A DNA stretch of 64,000 bases from Eledone cirrhosa (lineage: Eukaryota). Location of the stretch: assembly GCA_964016885.1 (NCBI GenBank), contig OZ024746.1:47058001-47122000 (forward strand), read 5' to 3'. Positions 12,633 through 25,717 of the stretch are shown in pieces (positions within the stretch are counted from its first letter, which is position 1; every line of letters starts with the position of its first letter). Below the pieces are notes generated by a model. That model was given only the letters and a program-made list of their open reading frames with translations. It did not search any database and had not been told where the DNA came from. A program made the position numbers and the translations under genes.

Positions 12633-15279
12633 AGAGAGAAGGAGAGAGAGAGGGAGAGCGCGAGAGCGAGAGAGAGAGATAGACAGAGAAAGAGGTATAT
12701 AGAAAGATAGATATGTGTAATTTTGAGTGTGTGTCTGGCATTTTTGGACCTATTCATAAAATTACATAACACCAAAATTACAACAGATATATTGTACGAA
12801 AATGCATATACACCCCACTACTTGAACTTTCATTCCCACCCATCCTCCTCAAATGCCAAACGTATACGAGTGACATGAAAAGTTTTTAATTTTGAAGTGA
12901 AACACGTGATATTCTAATAAGTACTTAGGTCAGTAACATTTACTAACTTCAGAGCCTTTAGTTACTGAATGCAACTTTGCATTTATCACCATTGCTTTTT
13001 AAAATATTTATGATAGGACATTTCTCCAAGGCTTTTCTCATTTTTTGGTCCCTTAGTAGAATCAATACGTTATATGTTTATATACTTAAGTTGGCGTTAA
13101 TATATTTAATGAGTATCATACTAGGAAGCTAACTAGACATACTTGTGAAGTTAGGAACATATCGTTTTCGCCAATTACTAATATTTCTTTATCTTTTCAT
13201 CCAGCTTGGAAAGAAACATCTTTGACATGTTTGGTCTTGTGATCTCATCCGCAAAATATAGACATCCTCATATTTGCTGGAGTATCAATGAAAGGAACCA
13301 TCAATAAATATATACAGTTGACGCAAAAAATAAAATTGTTTCGAAAATAAATTATTCAGTGACACCACATGCATAAATGAAACTAGTTAGTGCAAGGGCT
13401 ACTAGAAAAGTAATTAAATTTCAAAATTATGTTTTCTCTAAATATATTTAAATTTTCCATGCCTACCGTGACAGCTGCGTATTTTACTACCGTACCTACC
13501 GGGTAAATATTATAGTAGTCAAAAGTAATTTTTTAAGTGCTTTAGTGCTCCTTGCTTTAAGCATGTTGAAACTAACTAAACCTCTACTAATAGAATGATA
13601 AGGAAATCGCTTATAAATGTATAATCAAGCAAACACAAATTACATATATGCACAGCATAAAGAATATATCATGACTAAGCACTGCGTACATATTACAAAG
13701 TGTAACTTTGATAAGATAAAACTATTATCCAGACATCGCAAAACATCACATATATGCAAGACATATTAGGCGCTCAGTAACATATACACATTAAAAATAC
13801 GAATATTAATAGTCATCTTTGGTAAGGGTTACGTTTGCAGTGGCAAATTCTACCGGATCAAATTGTGTCTGTGGTATAAAAATAAAAGGTTATTCCTGAT
13901 AAACGTACATTGAAAGTGCTTTCCATAAAATCTATGACATAAAAATACATTTAATAAATGTGCATTGCTAAGTTAACACGGGATCCATTCCTTCAAATAC
14001 AGCATTTTATGTCTTCTATATTGTTTGGAAGGTAAGGTGTATGAAAGACTGGTTGGCACACGATACGCTACATTAAGATGAGGTTTTCAGTTTGGAGCCA
14101 AGAAGGTAACAAAATATATTTGCATGTTCACTCGACCTGCTAGATAGTATTGCATCTCCCTCAAATCAGATAAAAGAATATCCTTTTAAAACAGATCATA
14201 TTGAATAATATAATCCTAGATACATTGTCTGAAATGCAACAGATAATATGAAACTACATGGAATCATATATCTGTTGGGTGAGATTTTACCTGGAGTTAA
14301 ACAACAAGAAAACATATTTTCAACTTTTGCTCACTATCAGTACACCAGTGTATACAATATTTAAGATATGCGAGAGTGTAGTTGATAGAATATCTTATAT
14401 AAATTCGACTAAAACAAAACATGTGTTGATGTGTAATTACTTCTTCCAAATTATATCATTTAATGTATAATATAAAGGATGGGGATACTCAGCACCGTAA
14501 TATCAAAATATATGCAGTCAGATAAAGACCACGCCCAATAAGTGACCGGTAGCAGAATAAACTGGTTTGTAGATATCACAACGTTCTTGACATCTATAAC
14601 CTCATATCTTCTGCAACAAATAAAAAGACGCAATAAACAAATTAGTATATGTCCTCATCAGGATCTTGCATTTGATTCGTCATTTATGACATATGTCAGC
14701 TTCCAAATACAAAAGAACTTAGGTATAGTTCAGAACGACATTTCATTATATGATGTTAAAAAGGCCAACATCCGCCATTACTCGAAAATAACTTGTCACT
14801 TTCTTTTTTAATTTGATTTTTTTTAAAGACTATTGGTGTTGTCTAATCAAGGAGATATGCACCAAATACCAAACCTATTCTGAAATGTCAGGTAGGGATG
14901 GTTGAAATACCAAGTAGAATCGGTTAACGTCATAGGTTTTCAATAATACAGTGAATTTTCTTCACCCAAAACTCATTGAGAATATATTTTATGGTTCAGC
15001 TATAATTCAGATGGCTAGATAGTGATATTTGTTATTTATATTTAATAATAAAACCCAGTTGGTGATAATTTCAAGTTTCGGCCAGTCACATTAAGTATCC
15101 GTTATGTTTTCTGAGATGCAGTATCCATGAATAATATCAACGGTTTCAAATACCAATTTTATTTAAATGACACTTAGAATTATATCATGTTTTAGTTGTC
15201 ATCGAGACAACAAATATTGCGCCTTATGAAATGATACAATATAAGAAAATACAAATAAATATGCTCGGATATAAAACGT

Positions 15280-15353
15280 AAAGTTGGAATTCCTTTTATT
15301 AATATAATCTTCTATACATAATCTTACACACCCGTATATATATATATATGAAG

Positions 15354-15396
<43 letters not shown>

Positions 15397-15464
15397 CTAT
15401 ACACACACACGGGTGTGTATGATTGAGTATAGAAGATTATATTAATAAAAGGAATTCCAACTTT
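15280..15464. repeat. Inverted repeat (~56-bp arms) around a (TA)n tract, just 3' of PLE-A
   Basis: AAAGTTGGAATTCCTTTTATTAATATAATCTTCTATAC...CACCCGT and its reverse complement at 15409-15464. Confidence 0.85.
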
Positions 15465-15652
15465 GTCTGATTTACTCGTTTTATTTATAATCCTTTAAAA
15501 TTATAATGATATTATAATGAAATAGTAAGGTAGAATATTAAATGTTAAATGTTAATTGAACATCAACATCAACATCACTGTGTTGTTGGTGTTGTTGTTA
15601 GTCGACATGGTCGTAGGCGTAGTCATAGTAGAAGTAATACCCCTAAGCATTA

Positions 15653-18600
15653 TTATTGTTCGTTTAGCTTGGGTTGGAATTTATCAATAAAATTCCTTTC
15701 TTTAATTTTTCTCTTGATTTCACTTGGGCTGTGTAGTTTGTAGAATGGAAATATTATAAATATTTTCTGACCACATGTTGCTAGATGATTACTCAGGAGT
15801 ATCTGACGGACATTTGGTTCTCTTATTTGCTGTCGGTGCACCCGTGCACGTTCCGATAGTGCATTTCCAGTTTGACCGACATATAGTTCTTCACAATTCG
15901 GGCATTTAATGCAGTAAATTAGATTCCTGCTTTTGCAGTTCGTATTTGTATTTCGGAATATTTTTCCAGTTTTTGTGTTCATATATTGACCAGTATGTAT
16001 GAACTGACATGTGCCACATCGACTATCATTACAGTTAGATACAGTGAATGATTGGTCTTTGTTAAGATCAAACTTTGCCTTTGTTAGTAATTGCTTCAAA
16101 TTTTTCGGCTGTCTTTTACTAAGAATCAAAGCTCGGTCTGTGATTAAACCTTTTAATTCATTACTTTGAGTAATGATCGGTAGGTTTGCTTTTGCAGTGT
16201 TGAAGATATTCTGGTGACATGAGTTGTGTGTCATTATGAATGGTATGACCAGTTCTTGGTTTCTTCTTCCTTAGGTTATCCTAAGTTGTTGTATAGGTAT
16301 TTTTATAGCCCGCTGTATGCCATTTTCTATAAGTAGAGATGATTATTTTTGTTTGAGCAAAAATTCTCTCAGTTCTGTTAGGCGTTTGTTCCTGGTATTC
16401 GTATCTTCTACAATGGTACAAATTCTTCTGGCTAGGCAGTATGGGATGTTGCTTTTCAGATATTGATGAGTGTCTGTGTGTTTATAGTATATATCCATGG
16501 TAATGGTGGTGTCGTTTTTGATTACCATTATATCTAGGAATGGTAATTTGGTACTACTCATCTCTTTTGTAAATTGGAGAGATGGATGTGGGTTATTCAG
16601 GAGGATATTGAACTCATCCAGAGTATCTAGAGATTCTGTCCAGATGATGAAACAGTCGTCAAGTTATCTCTTCCAAGACTTTTCAATGTACTTTCTAAAT
16701 TCAGTGCTATATTTTTCCTCTATTTCTTGTAGAGTTGTTGATCTAAGTATCCCATTACAGAGTTCGCGCAAACGGGAGCAAACTTCGTTTCCAACGCTGT
16801 GTCTCTAATTTGGATGTAATTTTTTCCATTGAAGAAGAATGTGTTGTTTTCCAGAATAAGTCTGACTGCGTCTAATATAAATGGCACTGTGAATCTGGTG
16901 GCAATCACTTCTCTATGTTTTTCCACCCAGTATTTAACCGCCTTTATTCCTAAATCATGTGTAATGTTGGTGTAAAGGCTTACCACATCAAAACTAAGTA
17001 GAAGAGAATTCGTTTCCGTGGTTTTGGGAAGATGGGACAGGAAGTCGATATCATCCCGGATGAAACTGGGTATGTGAATACATAGTGGTTTCAAAATAAT
17101 GTCAACAAATTCCTTAGACGGTGGGTAGGGCATGTTGGACCAGCTATAATAGGTCTAAGTTTTAAGTCTTTTGGGTGTAGTAATTTAATGTACTCACTTT
17201 TTTGTTCTTTTACTGCCAGTTAGATTTCTTTTGACGTAAGGCATAAAAGTTGCTGGGTTTTGGCTCAAAATTGGTGATGTAGTCTCTTTCATTAAGTGAG
17301 TTGTGGTATTTTGAAGCCAGGTTGTTGATCTTCTTCATGATGTTGCGGTCTATAATTGACGGTATTTCATGGTAGAATGTTGTGTCTTTCAGTTGTTCCT
17401 CAACCAAACCTTTGTAGTAGTCAACATCCATTATAACAATTGCACCCCTTTATCTGCTTGTTTAATTATTATTATTTCATCATTTTGTACGTTTAAGTGC
17501 AGACATTTCCGATTTGTTAATGTTTGGCCTAACATTAGTATTACGTCTAAGAGGAAATTTAGACAGGATATCAATGTATTGGTCGAGATAGATATTTCTT
17601 CCTTTTGGCGGAGTGAAATTTGATTTATTCTTTACTAGTGATTCATCACTCTCATTACTTTTATCAGCGAATAATTCTACAAGTCGTAATTTACGACAGA
17701 ATTCCTGGGTACCCTCCTTTAGTTCTTGGTGCTTGACTGTTGGAGTCGGTGTGCATTTCAGTCCTTTTGACAGAATTTGCATTTCATCATTGTCAAGATC
17801 TCTTTTGGATAAATTAATTATTTTAGGATCTACGTGTTATTATTTTGGGTATGTTTCCTCCTAGACTTTTTCTTTTTCCGGTTTTTTGTTGTCCTGACGT
17901 TAAAAAGTGGATTTTTCTCTGTTCAGGATTTATATTCCTGTTGGTCTTTGCTTGATGAACTTTTGGTCGTGATATTATACTTAGTTTCGTTATGTTTTTG
18001 TCCTATTTTTGGTATTATGTATATTATTTTTCCATTTCTTGTTAGCATTATTTTTAACAATCTGGGAAAATGACCTAGGTTTGCTTTCAGGTTTAGATCG
18101 TTTTTTTGCCCCGTTCCTTGTGGGTAGTGTCTGTTGACATCTTGAGAATGATCTCCTGTTTTTTTCTTCTTCTCATGGTCTGGCCAAAGGAATATCCATC
18201 GTGTTTGTGCTTTTTGTTCATGTTGTGTGCGTTAGGGTGTTTTTGTAGAAAAAGCGAAGAGTTTTTACCGTAGTTCTTCTTTGATTCAAGGTAAGGTGAG
18301 TGTTTGTGTTGCCGTGTGTTCTGGCGTATTGTTGGCGAGATTGTCCACTTTTAATGCTTTTTCTCAGAGTTCCAGAGTCTTTACCGAGAAATAATTGTTT
18401 CTGCTGCCATAACTTTCTTGATTTGCTTTCTTCTTTTGAGATATCACTGATCCATAGTTCTCGTAGTTTTTCAGCTATATTACCAGTCGTTAGCTTTGAA
18501 ATTTCGACTTTAATTTGGTCATCGATAGCCTCGTATTTGGCTTTGTAGCGGGATTGTTTACATTGAGTAATGGAGATGTCGGTCCTGAATTTTGTCAATG

Positions 18601-18790
18601 TAAATTCCCATCGGAATTTTGTTTCTTCTTCTGGCTCTCCTGCAATTTTTTTAATTAGGTATTTACGAGGGAGTATGGCTGCCGTTAGAGAAAGCCATTT
18701 CGAATGTGTTTTGATATATTTCGACATAAAATGGATCAAGTTAAAAAAGCCGTTGGCTTTAAGTCCGGGGTCATAATAACAGAGAAGCTA
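15653..18790 (-). mobile_element. Penelope-like retroelement A (frameshifted; RT + Cys linker + GIY-YIG)
   Basis: LSKGLKCTPTP, LLLSFDVVSLYTNI, WKR*LDDCFIIW (catalytic Y codon mutated to TAA), LPFLDIMV, CNDSRCGTC linker and NLIYCIKCPNCEELYVGQT GIY-YIG, collinear over several broken ORFs. Confidence 0.92.
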
Positions 18791-18853
18791 GGTAAATTTG
18801 TGTCTATATATGTGTATGTGTGTGTATATATACATGTATATATATGTATATAT

Positions 18854-18974
<121 letters not shown>

Positions 18975-20763
18975 TATGTGTATATACCATACAAATGAAG
19001 TCTACCGACGGGATAAGAGAAAAGATAATTCTTAGTTTTATTTTATGTTTTTATCATGTATGTTCCGTATGTTTCCTGGTTTTGATTTTTAGAAAATGCC
19101 TTTTAGAAAGTCTGTCTTTCGATCTATCTAATTATCTATTCTTCTATCTATTTTCCAACTATTTATATTTTAACTGTTTTTCATATATTTATCTTGATTT
19201 TATCTGTTTATGTTTTTATATATCTAATTAGAAAGTATATAATTATTAGTCTACTTGCATTCCTATATAATTATCTTTAATTCTATTTATCTATACTATT
19301 TCTATAAATCTCGTAATATCATTATGTGTTGATATCCTTGTTATGGTATAGTTAATTCCACTTTGTGAAGTGTGCTAATTTACTTAATATAGTGAAACAA
19401 GATATTTAAGTTAAGAATAATTTCAACCTTAAGGGTGAAAATGAATCATTATGAATTTCGAAATGTTTACATTTCTATTGATGTTAGCAAGATATATTTT
19501 TACAAGGAAGTCAAATGACAATTTAAGCACAAATTAGTTCGTTCAATTATGCACAAATTAGTTCGTTCGTAATGGAATGAGACTGGCTCAATATGGGATT
19601 CTTCTTTTTCTTATAAATTTCAAAACTCATTTCGATACCCATGTTGACATGATTCTCGAACTAAGCTCAGGATTCCAAATGATCTTGGGTTAGAGCCAAT
19701 GTACTTACTCCGATCGCAACGATTTCTTTGAGGAATATACGTGAAAGATTGATGCTTTTCTCAGAAGTGATTCAGATAAACTAATGAAACACAAGTAGAT
19801 CCCATCCCGTCTCCTTCGTGGTGCAATAAATAGTAAAAAATAAATACACTAATTATAAGAAGCTGGCTGCGGTAAGTAGCAGGATTTTACTGTAAGCAAT
19901 GAGTGTTTCATTAACTTTTAATCTTTATTTTTAAACTTAATATGAATCTAATAAGATAACAGTAACCCATACCAGCTCCCTGGCTGTCCAGAGCTAGACA
20001 TATGAAAGTGATGACCAGGAATGGCCAGTGATTCGATGTTAATCCTCCATTCTTTAGAATGATTTATCTATCAAGGATGTTTTCTTCGCTTAAATCGATT
20101 TATCAATTTTTTAAGTGAATAGTTTAGTATCCATAGAGAAAATAGATGTCTAAGTTTGATATATTTTGAATACCCCTCTTTATCAGCTGTTATGTATCAC
20201 ATAGTTAGGGGAGCACATTTCATAGATATAAGAATAAGAATGGTATCTTACAAACATTTAAAATCAGAATCAACAAATCAAGCAACAGCGAAACAAGAAA
20301 GAAACATAATCAAGAAAATAAGAAAATTTAATTGCTTTTATGTTAATGTCCTCAGAGGAAAATGTACAAGCTGGTATTGAAAGGAAAAAGTAAATAAGAA
20401 ATAAATAAAATAAATAAAATAAAATATGGCAATATAATTGCTTTAATGAAGGGATTAAACTAACCAAATATAATATTTGCTTATATACCGTAAAATGTCT
20501 CCCGATGTTTTCTTACTCGTCTAAAATGTAAACCTTCAACAGATAGGAAATTTGACAGCTTCTTAGGAATCTACTTACTTGAATATTTTACTTTAGATTT
20601 ATATATCATTCTCAATACGTACACTCGAACTCAGGCGCATTCACCCAAATTTACGTATACACATAAATAAAAGTATACACGTAAATAAAAGTATATAATT
20701 TGTATATTCATATGGATTTATATAAATATTCAAGTGAGTATATACAAAAGTATATATTCAAGC

Positions 20764-20852
<89 letters not shown>

Positions 20853-20902
20853 AGTATGTATGTATCCGTACATACATATATGTATACAGACGTACAGTAG
20901 CA

Positions 20903-20964
<62 letters not shown>

Positions 20965-21121
20965 TGCATACAGGTACACATACATATATGTACGCATCAG
21001 TTTAGCGGACGCTTATTATAGCGCCCGCTTTGTTCGTTTGTAAACAAACTGAACAGCCTGAATTTATGCCGCACGGTGTTAAGGCAACCACGTCACGTTT
21101 TTGTTCAACACTGACACAGGA

Positions 21122-21164
21122 ACGATGTACTAGTTTCAAGCTTGTTAGCTATCATCAGCACCGT
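21122..21164 (-). ncRNA. Minimal type I hammerhead ribozyme (copy 1)
   Basis: ACGGUG CUGAUGA U AGCU AACA AGCU U GAAA CUAG UA CAUCGU: 6-bp stem I, intact core, 4-bp stem II, palindromic ACUAGU stem III, GUA cleavage triplet. Confidence 0.82.
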
Positions 21165-21400
21165 ATACCCATCTGCCAGATAGTTGAACGTTCGAAAGTA
21201 TATACTTTCCTTATGAAAATTAACGGCTGAGCAGCCTAATTTGCATATCGAGTGAGTTAAATCGGTCAGGCGCACCGAAAACGATGAGTTGTAATAAAAT
21301 GAAAACGAAATTTCATTTCTCACTCTTAGTACGGCACTTACTTAAATGTAAGTATGTATGTATACGTACATACATATATGTATACAGACGTACAGTAGCA

Positions 21401-21440
<40 letters not shown>

Positions 21441-21593
21441 TACAGGTACACATACATATATGTACGCATCAGTTTAGCGGACGCTTATTATAGCGCCGGC
21501 TTTGTTCGTTTGTAAACAAACTGAACAGCCTGAATTTATGCCGCACGGTGTTAAGGCAACCACGTCACCTTTTTGTTCAACACTGACACAGGA

Positions 21594-21636
21594 ACGATGT
21601 ACTAGTTTCAAGCTAGTTAGCTATCATCAGCACCGT
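21594..21636 (-). ncRNA. Minimal type I hammerhead ribozyme (copy 2)
   Basis: Same fold; one substitution in loop II (AACU). Confidence 0.82.
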
Positions 21637-22063
21637 ATAACCATCTGCCAGATAGTTGAACGTTCGAAAGTATATACTTTCCTTATGAAAATTAACGGCT
21701 GAGCAGCCTAATTTGCATACAAAGCGGGCGCTATAATAAGCGCTATAATAAGCGCCCGCTAAACTGATGCGTACATATATGTATGTGTACCTGTATGCAT
21801 ATATGTATATATATATATATATATGCATGCTACTGTACGTCTGTATACATATATGTATGTACGTATACATACATACTTACATATAAGTAAGTGCCGTACT
21901 AAGAGTGAGAAATGAAATTTCGTTTTCATTGTATTACAACTCATCGTTTTCGGTGCGCCTGACCGATTTAACTCACTCGATATGCAAATTAGGCTGCTCA
22001 GCCGTTAATTTTCATAAGGAAAGTATATACTTTCGAACGTTCAACTATCTGGCAGATGGGTAT

Positions 22064-22106
22064 ATGGTGCTGATGATAGCTAACAAGCTTGAAACTAGTA
22101 CATCGT
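22064..22106 (+). ncRNA. Minimal type I hammerhead ribozyme (copy 3)
   Basis: ATGGTG CTGATGA TAGCTAACAAGCTT GAAA CTAG TA CATCGT; the C>T change in stem I keeps a G-U pair. Confidence 0.82.
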
Positions 22107-22263
22107 TCCTGTGTCAGTGTTGAACAAAAACGTGACGTGGTTGCCTTAACACCGTGCGGCATAAATTCAGACTGTTCAGTTTGTTTACAAACGAACAAAG
22201 TGGGCGCTATAATAAGCGTCCGCTAAACTGATGCGTACATATATGTATGTGTACCTGTATGCA

Positions 22264-22294
<31 letters not shown>

Positions 22295-22533
22295 GCATGC
22301 TACTGTACGTCTGTATACATATATGTATGTACGTATACATACATACTTACATTTAAGTAAGTGCCGTACTAAGAGTGAGAAATGAAATTTCGTTTTCATT
22401 TTATTACAACTCATCGTTTTCGGTACGCCTGACCGATTTAACTCACTCGATATGCAAATTAGGCTGCTCAGCCGTTAATTTTCATAAGGAAAGTATATAC
22501 TTTCGAACGTTCAACTATCTGGCAGATGGGTAT

Positions 22534-22576
22534 ACGGTGCTGATGATAGCTAACAAGCTTGAAACTAGTACATGGT
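22534..22576 (+). ncRNA. Minimal type I hammerhead ribozyme (copy 4)
   Basis: Core intact; one mismatch in the stem I 3' arm (CATGGT). Confidence 0.75.
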
Positions 22577-22733
22577 TCCTGTGTCAGTGTTGAACAAAAA
22601 GGTGACGTGGTTGCCTTAACACCGTGCGGCATAAATTCAGGCTGTTCAGTTTGTTTACAAACGAACAAAGCGGGCGCTATAATAAGCGTCCGCTAAACTG
22701 ATGCGTACATATATGTATGTGTACCTGTATGCA

Positions 22734-22809
<76 letters not shown>

Positions 22810-22919
22810 TGCTACTGTACGTCTGTATACATATATGTATGTACGTATACATACATACTTACATTTAAGTAAGTGTCGTACTAAGAGTGAGAAATGAAAT
22901 TTCGTTTTCATTTTATTAC

Positions 22920-22998
<79 letters not shown>

Positions 22999-23198
22999 AG
23001 TAAAGAATTGAAATAGGTTCACAAACTGAATGCACTACTAGTTTGTTTGCTATTTTCAAAATAGACTGAGCCTATTTAGAAAAGTTGTACAGCAAGACAG
23101 TTCAGAAGAAATCTATTTCAGAAGACTTTACACTCATTTCCATTTCCCGCTATCTACGCTATTCTTAGTATTTTAATAACCCGGCATATTTTATCCTG

Positions 23199-23247
<49 letters not shown>

Positions 23248-23248
23248 C

Positions 23249-23280
<32 letters not shown>

Positions 23281-23319
23281 ATGTATATATATATAGAAAG
23301 AGAGACTGGGGAAGATGTG

Positions 23320-23353
<34 letters not shown>

Positions 23354-23358
23354 GTATG

Positions 23359-23424
<66 letters not shown>

Positions 23425-23945
23425 AGTGTAACTTGGAGTTACATACATACATATATATATGTGTATGTATGTATGTATATCATTTTTTCATAGATTGTAC
23501 TATGTGATCAGATTTCTAAAATTTTACTGCTTAAGTTAGATGGATAAATTTGTGAAAAATATTGATTATTTTCTGTTTTAAGAATAAGAGACGACTGCTT
23601 ATATAATATGTTTGTAAGTAAACGTTAAAAAATGTTAGCTTCCGTTAACAAATATTTCTGTCACAATAATATTTCGAAAGAAAATAAATCCATTTTCTCA
23701 ACGAAACTTTCCGAAAACAATACATTTGAACTTTGCTACGTGGGAAACTGCTATAAACGACATCTGGCAGACAACTAAAGAATGCTCTTAATTGGGTTCA
23801 ATAATAGCATATACATATATATATATATATATATATAAGCGATTGTGTTTGTGTGTATGTGTGTATGTTTGTATGTAGCTGTGTCCGAGCGTTTATATGT
23901 GTATGTACATGCGTATACATATGTAAATTATATATATATATATAC

Positions 23946-23988
<43 letters not shown>

Positions 23989-24599
23989 AGAGAGAGAAGG
24001 AGAGGGAGACAGAGAAAGAGGGGAGAGAGAGAGGAAGGCGGATGAGGAGAAAGTGACGGAGACAAGGAGAAACAAACAAACCCCCAAGAAAGCAATGTTG
24101 CGTATATTAATTATTGATTAAATAATTGGTTGTTTGGGGCAATAACAAATATTTCTCAGGCATTATGTCCAGGAGCAACATAACAAAACCAAATTCTTTC
24201 TAAATTCCATTTTCGATGATTTAAAGGCACCAATAATAAAGTAGCAGCTCAAACAATACGATGCTTATAAATATAGATGAATTTTTAGTGGAAATTAATC
24301 GACCGGAATGCTGATGATCTAAATCGCTGGTGATCTAAATCGCTATTACGCATCGGAGCGACATTAAAGCCTTACAGACAAATGTTCCTTTACAATATAG
24401 ATTTATGTGGCTAAACTAAAATTTTGATTTATTCTCTTATTACATAATTCTTTCATGTCCATATCTTTCATGTAGATATTTAGAGTTTATTTTGACCTGG
24501 CATATACAGAGTAACATATGTTGTAAAGGAAAGATATCTTTGCAAAGTTATTGTCTTTTCTTCATCCTTTCAACATCCATTCACCTTTTAAATTAAAAA

Positions 24600-25400
24600 A
24601 AAAACGCTTTTACAAGTTTTTATTGTCGAATATATCGTGATCATCGGTAGAGTATGAATCGTGGAACTTCGTCCTTTCTCGAAGAATGAAAGTTCAACCA
24701 GACTTTGATACAGGTGATTAGTACATATCCTGTCGTTCCAATAATAATGGGCATAAAGATGAATGTGGAATTTGGTGGCTGGATCTGCGAATTCCTCCTC
24801 AACGCTCCTTAGTTATCTACCTTCTGTATTTTACATACTATACTGATCTCAAATGAGCAGCTGATTCACCGCAACGGAAATCGTCTGTATTTTAATGTCC
24901 CAAACCAGAATATCATTTTTGGTGGTTTTTAATATTCTTATTGTTTATATTCTTCGATTACATCCATATTCTTTTGATCCATTAGTTTCAATATGTAAAT
25001 CATTATTTGTTGTTATTATTTGCTTCTTAATTATTTTATTCAAGTTTACTCTGGCCAACATATCATGGCTTATGGAAAGTAATCTATGGAATATTCCCCC
25101 ACAGGTGGCAATGAAATGGTTAATGTCTTCAGCTTTAGTTTTCTATTTGCTGTCAACTGATACTTTCTGACATTTACTTGGAAATGTGAGAGATATCTTG
25201 TTGCAATGTATGGTGGTAACCATCATGGTGAGATCTTATAAACTGATAAGTACTTCACGTTAGGAATTTACTGTACTGTATTTTCTCAAAGGTCTGTGAT
25301 TCTTGTTACACATAAATTTGTATACACCTCTCCGTCACTATTCCATTTAGGTTTTGCATTAAGAATTGTTTTCTAATGTTCCTTCGGAAGAGCTCTATGT
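24600..25400 (-). mobile_element. Ancient RLE-type LINE remnant
   Basis: Minus-strand scraps KNDILVWD and FIFMPIIIGTTGYV resemble the RLE C-terminus seen at 61-62 kb; boundaries uncertain. Confidence 0.4.
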
Positions 25401-25594
25401 CAAGGTTTATTTCATTTTACACATGAAGTTCATTAATTGTTTTAATGATATTATTTTCATTATTACAGACTTTACTGATCTTTTTTCTCTGCTGGGAAGG
25501 TTTCTTTGTTTGTCCTGAAGATTTGATTATATATTTGTGATATTCAGGATTTTTATTATTCCCATTTATTATTCTGAGGAAACGTTCTGTATTC

Positions 25595-25717
25595 TGCTTC
25601 ATAGAAGGATTAAATGAAAAGTTAATCTCGGTAGGATTTGAACTAAGACCGTTAAGGGCCGTAACTCTCTGCTGCAAAGCATGGCGTCCGACCCTCTACC
25701 GATATTGCCAATTCACC
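25595..25717 (-). mobile_element. SINE 5' half
   Basis: A and B boxes and start of the core are present. Confidence 0.8.

Larger units (their letters stand above)
20848..22923. repeat. Tandem + inverted array of a ~470-bp hammerhead-containing unit (retrozyme-like)
   Basis: About 1.8 units in one orientation (20848-21720) then about 2.5 units inverted (21721-22923). Spacing is 472 and 470 bp between equivalent points; units are near identical; both ends run into (TA)n. Confidence 0.92.

Noticed and set aside
16640-16680. In-frame stop in PLE-A RT as programmed recoding (selenocysteine, as in Naiad PLEs)
   Set aside because: The stop is TAA replacing the YLDD tyrosine, and the element has many other frameshifts: ordinary decay.
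21030-22668. Four copies of a 66-aa [15 protein letters not shown]...
   Set aside because: It repeats only because the DNA unit repeats; TTG start, no motif, antisense to the ribozyme, and not preserved as the same ORF in the 39-kb sister.
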